NCBI GenBank assembly: GCA_038231275.1
Contig: JBBRLQ010000013.1
Location: 128,001 to 192,000, forward strand
DNA length: 64,000 bases
Source: Polyangiales bacterium
GTDB lineage: Bacteria; Myxococcota_A; Polyangia; Polyangiales; Polyangiaceae
Direction: 5' to 3'
The notes beneath the pieces were generated by a model that worked only from the letters and a program-made list of their open reading frames with translations, ran no database searches and was not told the DNA's origin. Position numbers and translations under genes: made by a program. Positions 18,955 to 27,736 of the stretch are shown here, one piece after another; position 1 is the first letter of the stretch; every line of letters starts with the position of its first letter.

Positions 18955-20322
18955 CTACGAATCGTCCCCGCCCTCGTCTTCTCGTGCGCCGCGGATGCCA
19001 TGCTCGGCGATCAGCCGGTGCAAGTACCGACGGTTGACGCCCGCCGAGGCCGCCGCCTTGGTGACGTTGCCTCCCGTGCGCTGAAGCAATGCTCTCACGT
19101 ACAGAACTTCGAAGCGCTGCGTCCACGCGAGCCGCGCATCCTTCAGCGGCAAGTCGATCGGAACGAGTGCTTCGCTCAGGATCGGCACCGGGGCTTCAGG
19201 AGCCATCGCCGGTGTCGCCTCGGTACGGGACATCGACCAACCCAAGCAAGCGCTCCGCTCGACGAAGTTCTTGAGCTCACGCACGTTGCCCGGCCAGCTC
19301 CGGCTCATGAGCGAGGCCAGCACCGGGCCGGGGAGCACGTCACCGCTCCCGGTGATGCGCGCGTAGAAGTGGTTCGCAAGGAGCGCGATGTCTTCGCGTC
19401 GTGCCCGTAGAGGAGGCAACGCGATCTCGCACACGGCCAGTCGATAGTACAGATCCTCCCGGAACGAGCCGTCGTTCACGCCGCGCGCCAGTGCTCGATT
19501 GGTCGCCGCGAGGACACGGACGTCGAGCTTGCGCGCCGTGTTTGCTCCCACGCGGCGCACCTCACGCGCCTCCAGCACGCGGAGGAGCTTCGGCTGGAGC
19601 GCGGGCGGGAGCTCGCCGATCTCGTCGAGAAAGATCGTCCCTCCTTCCGCCTCTTCGAAGAGGCCGCGGCGATCCTTGACCGCGCCGCTGAACGAGCCGC
19701 GCACGTGCCCGAAGAGCTCGCTCTCGATCAGGTTCTCCGCGATCGCCCCGCAGTCGACGGCGACGAACGGACCGGCGCTGCGCTTCGAGGCGTCGTGGAT
19801 GGCCCGGGCCAGGATCTCCTTTCCCGTCCCTGTTTCGCCCTGGATGAGGACGGTCGCATCGCTGGGCGCGATCATCTCGGCGATGGAGTACACGCGTCGC
19901 ATCTCGGGTCCGGCGCCCAGGACCCCACCGAAGCTGTCCTTCGTGGACAAGGACACGATGACCGGATCGTCCTCGAGCTCGACGCGAACCGACGTCGCGC
20001 CGAGCGTGAGCGTGCAGCCGGCGGTGAGCCTCGCCTCGATGACGTCGATCCCGTCGACGCGCGTTCCATTGGTGCTTCCGTTGTCGAGGAGCCGTATTCC
20101 CTCCGCGGATACGCGGATCTCGGCGTGCACGCGAGAGACGGTGGTGTCGGTCAAGCGAAGATGGCATCCCGGTGCGGTGCCGATGCGCGTGACGCCCGCC
20201 GACAGGTGCAGATCGCTGCCGCGGTCTGGGCCCTCGAGGACGCGCAGATAGACTGCCGCGAACTCGACGGTCGGCAGGCGCGGAAGGGCGTGCGTGGATT
20301 CCTCGGGCGATCGACCGGCCAT
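18955..20322 (-). CDS. FHA-domain sigma54-dependent enhancer-binding protein
   Basis: FHA (VSRVHA, STNGT), Walker A GETGTGKE, GSFSGA loop, FLDEIGE, WPGNVREL, Fis-type HTH. Confidence 0.92.
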   Translation of the reverse strand: MAGRSPEESTHALPRLPTVEFAAVYLRVLEGPDRGSDLHLSAGVTRIGTAPGCHLRLTDTTVSRVHAEIRVSAEGIRLLDNGSTNGTRVDGIDVIEARLTAGCTLTLGATSVRVELEDDPVIVSLSTKDSFGGVLGAGPEMRRVYSIAEMIAPSDATVLIQGETGTGKEILARAIHDASKRSAGPFVAVDCGAIAENLIESELFGHVRGSFSGAVKDRRGLFEEAEGGTIFLDEIGELPPALQPKLLRVLEAREVRRVGANTARKLDVRVLAATNRALARGVNDGSFREDLYYRLAVCEIALPPLRARREDIALLANHFYARITGSGDVLPGPVLASLMSRSWPGNVRELKNFVERSACLGWSMSRTEATPAMAPEAPVPILSEALVPIDLPLKDARLAWTQRFEVLYVRALLQRTGGNVTKAAASAGVNRRYLHRLIAEHGIRGAREDEGGDDS

Positions 20323-20351
20323 GGCTCAGAGTAGCGTGGTACCCTTCACGT

Positions 20352-21506
20352 GTGCTCGCTCCGCGCCGTGGGGCCTTGCTCGCGGGATTTGCGGCCACCG
20401 CGGCGGCGCTGGTTGCGTGCGGCCTGGCGTTTCCCATCCACCGAGGTTCGGAGCCCGACGCTGGCCCCGAGGGGGGCGGCGCGTGCAGCCAAGATCTGGG
20501 GACCGACCCGCGCAACTGCGGCGCGTGCCAACATGATTGTCTGGGCGGCGAATGCCAGGCAGGAGAATGTCAGCCCTTCGACTGCGGGCCGACCATGCTG
20601 GCCGGAGGGAGCACCCTCGGGATCGCGCTCTCTCCCGAATTTCTCTACTGGACCGTGTACGCACCCGGCGGTCCACAGCCTGGTCAAGGTGAGTTGCTGC
20701 GCTGCCCGTTGACGGGGTGCACCAAGTCGGTGGCTCCAACGGTCGTCGATCAAGGAATGCGTCCGTCGCTCATCGCGCTCGACCGGACGTACGTGTATTT
20801 CACCGAGGCGGGCGGCACGTCGCGGCCCGGGAGCATTCGACGGTGCGCCGTGGACGGCGGAGGGTGCTCCGAGATCGTTCCTGCCGCGTCCGAGCCCTAC
20901 GGCATCACGGCGACCGACGCGCAGCTTTACTGGACAGCCGACTACATGGGGACAAATGGTTCCATCATGAGCTGCGCGCTGCCAGCGTGTGGAAGCATCG
21001 TGACCGTCGCGACCAAGCAGCCCCACCCTTCGCACATCACGAGCGCGCAGGGCCATCTGTACTGGACCTTGGAGGACAGAGGCGGCGGCCTTCAAACGAT
21101 GAAGATCGACGACTCCGGCGCCCCGCCATCACCCTTCGGCAGCCCTGGGTTCGCGACGGGACTCGCGGTCGACGTCGACGGCGGCCGCATCTACTGGGGA
21201 GATCGGGAGCTGATGCAGGAGGCCATGCTCGATGCGGGCGCACCCGCCCTTCCCGTGACGAGCACCCCTGTCATGGAGGCTCGAAGCATCGCCGTCGACG
21301 AGAAGAACGTCTACTTCATCGGCGACCGGGGGACGACGGTGAACCGCATCGCGCGCGGCTTCGCGACCACGACCGCGATCCAAAAGCTCGCGACGAGTGA
21401 TCCGAGCGCCGATGGCTACTGGATGGAGATCGCCGTCGGACCGACGCTGATTTATTGGACCACGGGCAACGGAAACTCGGTCAGGTGCCTCCTCAAGCCT
21501 CCGTGA
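20352..21506 (+). CDS. Lipoprotein with Cys motif and beta-propeller repeats
   Basis: LVAC lipobox, DPRNCGAC.H.C, repeated IA.D...LYWT. Confidence 0.75.
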   Translation: MLAPRRGALLAGFAATAAALVACGLAFPIHRGSEPDAGPEGGGACSQDLGTDPRNCGACQHDCLGGECQAGECQPFDCGPTMLAGGSTLGIALSPEFLYWTVYAPGGPQPGQGELLRCPLTGCTKSVAPTVVDQGMRPSLIALDRTYVYFTEAGGTSRPGSIRRCAVDGGGCSEIVPAASEPYGITATDAQLYWTADYMGTNGSIMSCALPACGSIVTVATKQPHPSHITSAQGHLYWTLEDRGGGLQTMKIDDSGAPPSPFGSPGFATGLAVDVDGGRIYWGDRELMQEAMLDAGAPALPVTSTPVMEARSIAVDEKNVYFIGDRGTTVNRIARGFATTTAIQKLATSDPSADGYWMEIAVGPTLIYWTTGNGNSVRCLLKPP

Positions 21507-21539
21507 CCGCGAGCAGTCCCCTGGTGCTATCCTGAGGAC

Positions 21540-23069
21540 GTGGCGACGACGCGTCCAGTTGCCCCGCTGTCGATCGGTCGGTACATCGTCTACGACGAGA
21601 TCGCCGCCGGCGGAATGGCCTCCGTTCACTACGGGAGGCTCCTCGGGTCGAGCGGGTTCGCGCGCACGGTCGCGATCAAGAAGCTGCATTCGCACTTCGC
21701 GCGCGACCCGGAATTTCGCGCCATGCTGCTCGACGAAGCGCGACTCGCGAGCCGGATCCGCCATCCCAACGTGGTGAGCACGTTGGACGTCGTCGCACGG
21801 GGCGATGAGCTCCTTCTCGTCATGGAGTACGTGCACGGCGAGTCCCTATCTTCCCTCCTGCGACTGGCCCACGACGCTGGAGGTCCCCCGCTTCCCATCG
21901 TGGCCGCGCTCGTCTCCGGCATGCTCCACGGTTTGCATGCAGCCCATGAAGCGAGAGACGAGGACGGCGAGCCTCTTCACATCGTTCACCGCGACGTCTC
22001 GCCGCAAAACGTGATGGTCGGCGCCGACGGCGTCGCGCGCGTTCTCGACTTCGGCGTCGCCAAGGCGGCGGGACGATCGCAGACGACGCGTGATGGCCAG
22101 GTCAAAGGCAAGCTCGCGTACATGGCCATCGAACAGCTGCGCGGCGGGGTCATCGATCGCAGGACGGACGTGTACGCCGCCGGCGTCGTGCTGTGGGAGG
22201 CGCTGACCGGCAAACGCCTCTTCGCCGGAGACAACGAAGGGATGACGGTGACCAACATCCTCGAGCGGCCACCGCAGCCACCGAGCACGTGCGTTGCGGG
22301 GCTCCCCAAAGAGGTCGACGACATCACGCTACGCGCGCTCGCGCGGTCGCCGGCCAAACGCTTCGAGACCGCGCGAGACATGGCGATCGCGCTCGAGACG
22401 GCCGTAGCGATCGCGAGCCCAGGGCGCGTGGCCGCGTGGGTGGAGAGCGTCGTCGGCGAAACGCTCGCTCGCCGCACGAGCGTCGTCGGCACGATCGAGC
22501 GCGACTCGCGCGACCGTGGCGGCGCTTCGATGACAGCCGCGGAAAACGCGACGAGCCTCCTCGGGGACGAGGCATCGCGTGTCAGCATTCGCACCATCGG
22601 CACCGGCCCGGAGCCATCGCCCCCCGGCGATCCTGCTACCCGATCCGAGCTTTCGATCTCGGTCGCGCGGGCGGTCTTCCTTCCGAAGCGACGACGGCTT
22701 TGGTTCGTGTCGGCGGGCGCGATCGCGATCGTGACAGCGCTCGGCTTCGGCCTGCGGCACTCTCCCAAACCCGCGGGTGTTCGCCCGTCGCCGCCGGACG
22801 CGCCGGTGCCCGCGACCTCTGGCTCCTCGTCTGCCCCCGCGCCCGCGACCCGCGCGTCGGCCGGGATCGTCGCTGCGTCGTCGCCGTCGGCGCCGAGCCC
22901 GCCGCCCCTGCGCCGTGCCCCCCGTCGGACCGACCCTCCCGCCACGGCCGCGCCGCCTCCGCCTCCGCCTCCGCCTGCCACAGAGCCGCCGGCTCCTTCG
23001 GCGAAGCCATGCCCGCTCAAGCCGTACACGGATGACGATGGCATCGTGCGCTTTCGTCGCGAGTGCTGA
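21540..23069 (+). CDS. Membrane Ser/Thr protein kinase
   Basis: VAIK, HRDVSPQN, DFG, KGKLAYMA.E, TM segment, Pro-rich tail. Confidence 0.92.
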   Translation: MATTRPVAPLSIGRYIVYDEIAAGGMASVHYGRLLGSSGFARTVAIKKLHSHFARDPEFRAMLLDEARLASRIRHPNVVSTLDVVARGDELLLVMEYVHGESLSSLLRLAHDAGGPPLPIVAALVSGMLHGLHAAHEARDEDGEPLHIVHRDVSPQNVMVGADGVARVLDFGVAKAAGRSQTTRDGQVKGKLAYMAIEQLRGGVIDRRTDVYAAGVVLWEALTGKRLFAGDNEGMTVTNILERPPQPPSTCVAGLPKEVDDITLRALARSPAKRFETARDMAIALETAVAIASPGRVAAWVESVVGETLARRTSVVGTIERDSRDRGGASMTAAENATSLLGDEASRVSIRTIGTGPEPSPPGDPATRSELSISVARAVFLPKRRRLWFVSAGAIAIVTALGFGLRHSPKPAGVRPSPPDAPVPATSGSSSAPAPATRASAGIVAASSPSAPSPPPLRRAPRRTDPPATAAPPPPPPPPATEPPAPSAKPCPLKPYTDDDGIVRFRREC

Positions 23070-23072
23070 GCG

Positions 23073-23891
23073 ATGCTCCTCGCGCGGCGCCTTTTCTTGA
23101 CGACGGTGTGTCCCCTGCTCGCGCTAGGGCTACGCGCTCCTCCGGCGCACGCGGACCAAGGCGCCGGCGCGAACGCCGAGGAAAAGTGCCTGTCGGCCGA
23201 GGTCGAAGGCCAGAAGCTCCAGCGAAAAGGGAGGCTCCTCGATGCGCGGACCCGCTTCGAGGCATGCTCGCGCGCGAGCTGCCCGACGGAGGTCATTGAC
23301 TATTGCGCGAAATGGCTCGTGGACGTTCGCGCTCTGATTCCCAGCGTCATCGTCGTGGTCCGTGACGCGCGCGGACGCGACGTCCCCGAGGCGCGCGTCT
23401 TCGTCGACAACGGGCTCGCCGCAGGCGCCGGCACGGGAAGTGCGATCGAGCTCGATCCGGGGAAGCACGCGTTTCGCTTCGAGCAACCCCTTGGAGCGTC
23501 GGTCTCGCAAGAGATCCTCATCCGCGAGGGCGACAAGGCACGAAGGCTGATCGTGACGCTCCCCAATGCCGTCACGCCGCCTGCGCGGCCTCCTCCGTCC
23601 GCCGCGGTCTACGTTCTGGGAGCCTTGGGCGTCGTCGGCGCCGGCGTCTTCGCATACGCGGGGCTCCGCGGGCTGAGCGATCGATCGAGCTTTGGATGCG
23701 GGACACCTGCCGGATGTACGGGCTCCCATTTCGACCAGGTCAAAACCGAGTACATCGTCGCGGACATCGGGCTCGGTGTCGCGATCGCTTCCTTCGCCGC
23801 CGCCGCCGTTCTCTACTTCACGCGGAGGCCGGTCGAGCGCATCGAAGGGGCGCCGGTGATCGGGCGCGCGGGAGGTCTCATTCAGTTTTGA
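23073..23891 (+). CDS. Secreted TPR/PEGA-like kinase partner protein
   Basis: Signal peptide, C..A..EGQ.L...G.L..AR..F..C, ELDPG.H, C-terminal hydrophobic helices. Confidence 0.7.
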   Translation: MLLARRLFLTTVCPLLALGLRAPPAHADQGAGANAEEKCLSAEVEGQKLQRKGRLLDARTRFEACSRASCPTEVIDYCAKWLVDVRALIPSVIVVVRDARGRDVPEARVFVDNGLAAGAGTGSAIELDPGKHAFRFEQPLGASVSQEILIREGDKARRLIVTLPNAVTPPARPPPSAAVYVLGALGVVGAGVFAYAGLRGLSDRSSFGCGTPAGCTGSHFDQVKTEYIVADIGLGVAIASFAAAAVLYFTRRPVERIEGAPVIGRAGGLIQF

Positions 23892-23954
23892 CCGGGGACC
23901 CCAATGGGCTCGGGTACGTGAATCGTCGGAATGAGGACAGGAGTGAGAACTCCT

Positions 23955-23992
23955 GGGCCTCACCGCCGAGCAGCAACGGCCGCGTGAGGCCC
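23955..23992. promoter_or_regulatory. Putative bEBP enhancer (UAS) copy 3
   Basis: GGGCCTCAC-N20-GTGAGGCCC. Confidence 0.55.
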
Positions 23993-24074
23993 CGAGGGCC
24001 CCTCGGAGCGTAGGACGCGGCCGTGGATTCGCGGGAATAGGGCGGGAAATTCGCTGCTTCGACTCACGATGCGG

Positions 24075-24089
24075 CGGCACGCCACTTGC
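24075..24089 (+). promoter_or_regulatory. sigma54 (-24/-12) promoter
   Basis: CGGCAC-GCCAC-TTGC, 14 nt before the ATG at 24104. Confidence 0.75.
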
Positions 24090-24103
24090 GATGGTCCGTC
24101 TCC

Positions 24104-25261
24104 ATGCGGCACATCATCGCGTACGTTCTGGTCGGTGCGGGGATTGGTACGGCGTGCTCGAGCGCGGGTCCGAGCGACGTGGGCCCAGGCGCGGCGGCGC
24201 CCGAGGGCGGCATCGCCAGCGATGGCGGGCCGCCCGGCAACAACGACGGCGGCGGCGATCCTGGCGTAGACGGCGCTGGGCCGGCGGCCGACAGCGCGTC
24301 CTCGACCGATGCCCCGCCGACGGGGAACGGTGGCGCGCGCCCTCTCGGCACCGTCACCGACAAGGGCGCGACGCCGAACTGCGTCGCGGGGGCCACGTGC
24401 CGCACGCTCACCGTGGCCTGTCCCGGTGCCGCGCCGCTCGACGTCAACGTCCAGATGCAGGAGCCCACGGTACCGGTTTTGGGCACGATCGTCGTCCACG
24501 ACGGCGGCGGAGGGATCACCTTCTTCGGACGCGGCGCGCTCACCGCCCGATACCTCGCGAAGGGTTACCGGATCGTCGACATGGCATGGGCGAACGATTG
24601 GGAGAAGACATCGATGGGCGCCGGGAGCATCAAGGCGGGCGCGTGCCGGCCGGCGACGGTCTTGAAATGGGCGTTCGACAATGTGCACAAAGGCAGCCGC
24701 GACCAAGGCTTCTGCGCGCAGGGCCAAAGCGGCGGCTCCGGCGCCATGAGCTACGCGCTCGCGGCGTACGGCATGGAAGACTACCTGGACTACGTCATGC
24801 TCACGCAGGGGCCCCCCTTCGGCAGAATGGACTGCGGCTGCGATCCGAGCGCGGCCGGTTGCGCGTCGGTCCCCGCGCTCTGCCCGGAGATCGCGAACGC
24901 TTCGCTAGCATTGCCCGGGGGCAAAATCGACGAGTGGGCAGGCGTCAGCTCGTGCACGGCCGGCATCTCCGCGGCCGACGTGGCGAAGCTCGCAGCAGAC
25001 AGCGTCGCCTCGCCGGACGACGACTTCGACTATCCGAAAACCCACGTGAGCGGTTGGTATTGCGCGATGCGGCCGAACGGCACGACGGGCGGCGGCGCGT
25101 TCTACCTCGCGAAGGTGCAACCCGCGCCGAAGGTCTTCTGCTCGCCGGACTGCGAGGTGGAGAGCATCTATCAGACGACCGCGACGCTCACCGGAGGCGC
25201 GCTCGTCGCAGACCAGATGCTCTCGGAGATGACGGCGGAGTGCGTGCCGCGTCATCGGTGA
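24104..25261 (+). CDS. Cys-rich lipoprotein with alpha/beta-hydrolase-like GxSxG motif (paralog B)
   Basis: GTAC lipobox; GQSGGSG; shares ACRPAT, GFCA, PFGR.D.GC, DYPKT and CVPRH with paralog A. Confidence 0.75.
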   Translation: MRHIIAYVLVGAGIGTACSSAGPSDVGPGAAAPEGGIASDGGPPGNNDGGGDPGVDGAGPAADSASSTDAPPTGNGGARPLGTVTDKGATPNCVAGATCRTLTVACPGAAPLDVNVQMQEPTVPVLGTIVVHDGGGGITFFGRGALTARYLAKGYRIVDMAWANDWEKTSMGAGSIKAGACRPATVLKWAFDNVHKGSRDQGFCAQGQSGGSGAMSYALAAYGMEDYLDYVMLTQGPPFGRMDCGCDPSAAGCASVPALCPEIANASLALPGGKIDEWAGVSSCTAGISAADVAKLAADSVASPDDDFDYPKTHVSGWYCAMRPNGTTGGGAFYLAKVQPAPKVFCSPDCEVESIYQTTATLTGGALVADQMLSEMTAECVPRHR

Positions 25262-25303
25262 TGGCCTAGCTCGGCGAGCTTTGCATGCATAGTGCACTGA
25301 TAG

Positions 25304-25455
25304 TCCGCTACGGTCGACTGGACCGTCGCAGGCGGCGATTACGTCTGGCTGTCGGCAGTGCTCGGGCACACGGACCGCGAGACGACGCAAGGCTACCTCG
25401 ACTCCGCGGCAATCCTCCGCGCGACGTTTCGCGTCCCGCACCCGGCACTTCCTGG
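25304..25455 (+). pseudogene. C-terminal relic of a tyrosine integrase
   Basis: GDYVWLSAVLGHTDRETTQGY retains the LGH..T..Y box; in-frame TAG at 25301 and no upstream domain. Confidence 0.7.
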
Positions 25456-25522
25456 AAGGGGCACGGTAACGGGCAGGCCCATTGTGGAAGCGACGAGTCA
25501 GCGTAAAAAAAGCCAAAAATCA

Positions 25523-25546
25523 GCGTCCCCAGAGGGATTCGAACCC
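25523..25546 (-). repeat. att site: duplicated 3' end of tRNA-Glu
   Basis: GCGTCCCCAGAGGGATTCGAACCC, identical to 36381..36404. Confidence 0.95.
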
Positions 25547-25675
25547 AGAATCGGGTATCGGCTACAACCATGCCAATCTACTCAGTAATGCGCGGACGGC
25601 CTTGATTCTCCGAGCGGCGTAGAAAGTCCTGAGTAGGCCGGATTCGTCCCGAGGAGTCCCAAATGGGCAGGAGCC

Positions 25676-25695
25676 GTGGCACTGGGCTGGCACTG
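25676..25695 (+). repeat. Putative integrase arm-type sites (left)
   Basis: GTGGCACTGGGCTGGCACTG, 18/20 identical to 36316..36335. Confidence 0.7.
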
Positions 25696-25701
25696 GCCAG
25701 A

Positions 25702-26538
25702 CTACTTGGGCAGGTAACCCTTCTGGGTCGCGAAGCCGATCCCTCGCCACTTCTTCCGCTCGTCACCGAGTAGCCGAAACTTGGCCTCGGCGATGGCGTC
25801 AAAGACGCCGAAGTAACGCAAGACGAGTTCCGACGCGAGCACGCCGAAGCCGGCCACATCCCGGAACGCCATCGCGGCGAGCGTCGGAAAGTGCTCGGGC
25901 GAGATGTTCCGCACAATCGCAATCGAAGAACCGTGGGTGCCCCAACAAAGCTGGGCGAAGCGGTCGTCGTAGAAGTCACGGAAACCAAACGGCCCGAAGC
26001 CATCGGCCGCCATCGCATCAGCCTCGAGAGGCCGAGCCGTCCAGCGATCGGGATGGCTGGTTGGACTCCGCCCGGGCCAAACCCGCGCTCGTTCTTCCTG
26101 TATTCGTGTGCTCTCGCGGTCGATGAATGCGACGCGCTCGTGTAGGTGCTCGGGGAGCTGCCGGTTCTCGTAGCATCGCCGTGTCCGCTCCGCCGCCTTG
26201 AGCTTCGCGGAGCGTTCCCACGCCACCATCTTCGCGACGGGAAGATTCGCGCGGTCGTAGTGGAGCAGCGCCAAGTCCACCGTGATCTCGAAGACGGCCC
26301 GGGTGCCAGCGATGACGGCTTGGAAGTCGGAAGGCTGATTCAATTTCTCGAACGTCCCGAGCCACGCGTGGGCGCGCAGAAACGCGCCGTGAACCGTTCC
26401 GTGCTCCTGCCCTTGATCCGCAAAACGCTGGACTAGCGGGCGAACCTTCTCGCGCATGAACTCGTTGACCGTCTTGCAGTCCTCGAAGAAAGCGGTGCCG
26501 AGCGCAAAGGCATCGCCGGTATTCGTTTCGTTCGTCAC
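25702..26538 (-). CDS. Helical cargo protein, DUF5677-like
   Basis: R.VFE helix and FY...F..LC...HG motif; TATACT -10 box 6 nt before GTG. Confidence 0.6.
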   Translation of the reverse strand: MTNETNTGDAFALGTAFFEDCKTVNEFMREKVRPLVQRFADQGQEHGTVHGAFLRAHAWLGTFEKLNQPSDFQAVIAGTRAVFEITVDLALLHYDRANLPVAKMVAWERSAKLKAAERTRRCYENRQLPEHLHERVAFIDRESTRIQEERARVWPGRSPTSHPDRWTARPLEADAMAADGFGPFGFRDFYDDRFAQLCWGTHGSSIAIVRNISPEHFPTLAAMAFRDVAGFGVLASELVLRYFGVFDAIAEAKFRLLGDERKKWRGIGFATQKGYLPK

Positions 26539-26782
26539 AAGCGCAGTATACCTCTCGCCCGGGAACGCGCCCTCGCATCCGCGCGCAACGATTGGCCTCC
26601 GCGGGCTCGATTCGTCCCGAGGCGTCAGAGTACGTCCACGCGCGCCGCCCCTTGCGTTGCTTACGCGAAGTGCCGGACGCATGGTTGTATCCAGTCGCGC
26701 GGCAAACCCGGGTTGCCGGCGTCCTTCGACGATCCGATTCTAGTTACTTCTCGTTTCCAAATTCGTCGGTCATAGGAACAGC

Positions 26783-27019
26783 ATGAGCGCTACCAACCTT
26801 GTCGATATTCGGACGATTCGCCTCCTCGCCGTCGAAGCCGGCGGCCTCGACCCCCGGACCGTGGCGGCCGTCCTTGCGGGACGCGGTAGCCACCTCGCGC
26901 GCCGCGCAGTGGCGGAGGCCATCAAGCGTCTCGGCATGAGCGTCGCGATCCCCGAGCTGGTCTCCGCCGTGCGCGCCGACGCGCCGGGCGCCATCGCCTC
27001 GCGGGGTCGGGCCACGTGA
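26783..27019 (+). CDS. Small HTH-like (Cro/AlpA-role) protein
   Basis: RLLAVEAGGLDPRTVAAVLAG resembles an HTH; AGGA RBS; first gene of + strand operon. Confidence 0.55.
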   Translation: MSATNLVDIRTIRLLAVEAGGLDPRTVAAVLAGRGSHLARRAVAEAIKRLGMSVAIPELVSAVRADAPGAIASRGRAT

Positions 27020-27384
27020 GCTTCGACCGGAACCAGCGCACTCGCGAGCGCATCCTCCTCGAGGCCGCGACCGAGGACTACGAGCGCTCGCAGTGGGCCG
27101 CGCTCGATGCGATGGCGAACGTCACGAGGGAGGCGACCCCGCGCCCGTCGCGTCCGAAAGCCTCCCACGCGCGGATCGACTTTGGCGGCCCGTTGCCGCC
27201 GATCCGCCGCGTGTGCCCATGGCGGCCCATGGGCGGCCTCCGACGACGCGCCACGGGTGGGCGCCAGCCACGACGGGCGACGTCCACGATCACGACGACG
27301 GCGCCGACCTCCGACGGCCCACCAAGAAGCCCAGCTCCAAGAACGCGGCCCCTCGCCCATGATGCCGCCGAAGGTCCGCAGTGA
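27016..27384 (+). CDS. Hypothetical protein
   Basis: 4-bp overlaps with both neighbours. Confidence 0.4.
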   Translation: MSFDRNQRTRERILLEAATEDYERSQWAALDAMANVTREATPRPSRPKASHARIDFGGPLPPIRRVCPWRPMGGLRRRATGGRQPRRATSTITTTAPTSDGPPRSPAPRTRPLAHDAAEGPQ

Positions 27385-27734
27385 GCGCCTCGGACGACGG
27401 TGGCATCCCGGATCCGCCCGCCGATCACATCGAGCCGGCCGGGGAGAACAATCCCAAAGGTGAGGACCTTCGCGCAAAGGCGGCCGACTTCATCCGCAAT
27501 CGGCCGGACGTCTATGCGCTCTTCGAAAGGTTCGCACTGGAGAAGGCGAAGGAACGTCGCCGCTTCGGCGCAAAGCAGCTAGCCGAACGCGTGCGATGGG
27601 AATGCAAGGTCGAGAGTGACGGCGCGGAGGCGTTCAAGATTTGCAACGATCTGATCGCTTACATCGCGCGCCAGTTGGTCGCCGATCATCCGGAGCTCCT
27701 GCCCTTGGTCCGATTCCGAAAGACGCGGTGGTAG
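27381..27734 (+). CDS. Phage-type hypothetical protein
   Basis: P.VY.LFERFAL....RRFGAK...ERVRWE...FKI.N...AY.AR....HP pattern recalled from phage proteins. Confidence 0.65.
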   Translation: MSASDDGGIPDPPADHIEPAGENNPKGEDLRAKAADFIRNRPDVYALFERFALEKAKERRRFGAKQLAERVRWECKVESDGAEAFKICNDLIAYIARQLVADHPELLPLVRFRKTRW

Positions 27735-27736
27735 CG

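Noticed and set aside
25523..25546. Second tRNA gene
   Set aside because: Only the 3' 24 bp are present; it is the att duplication
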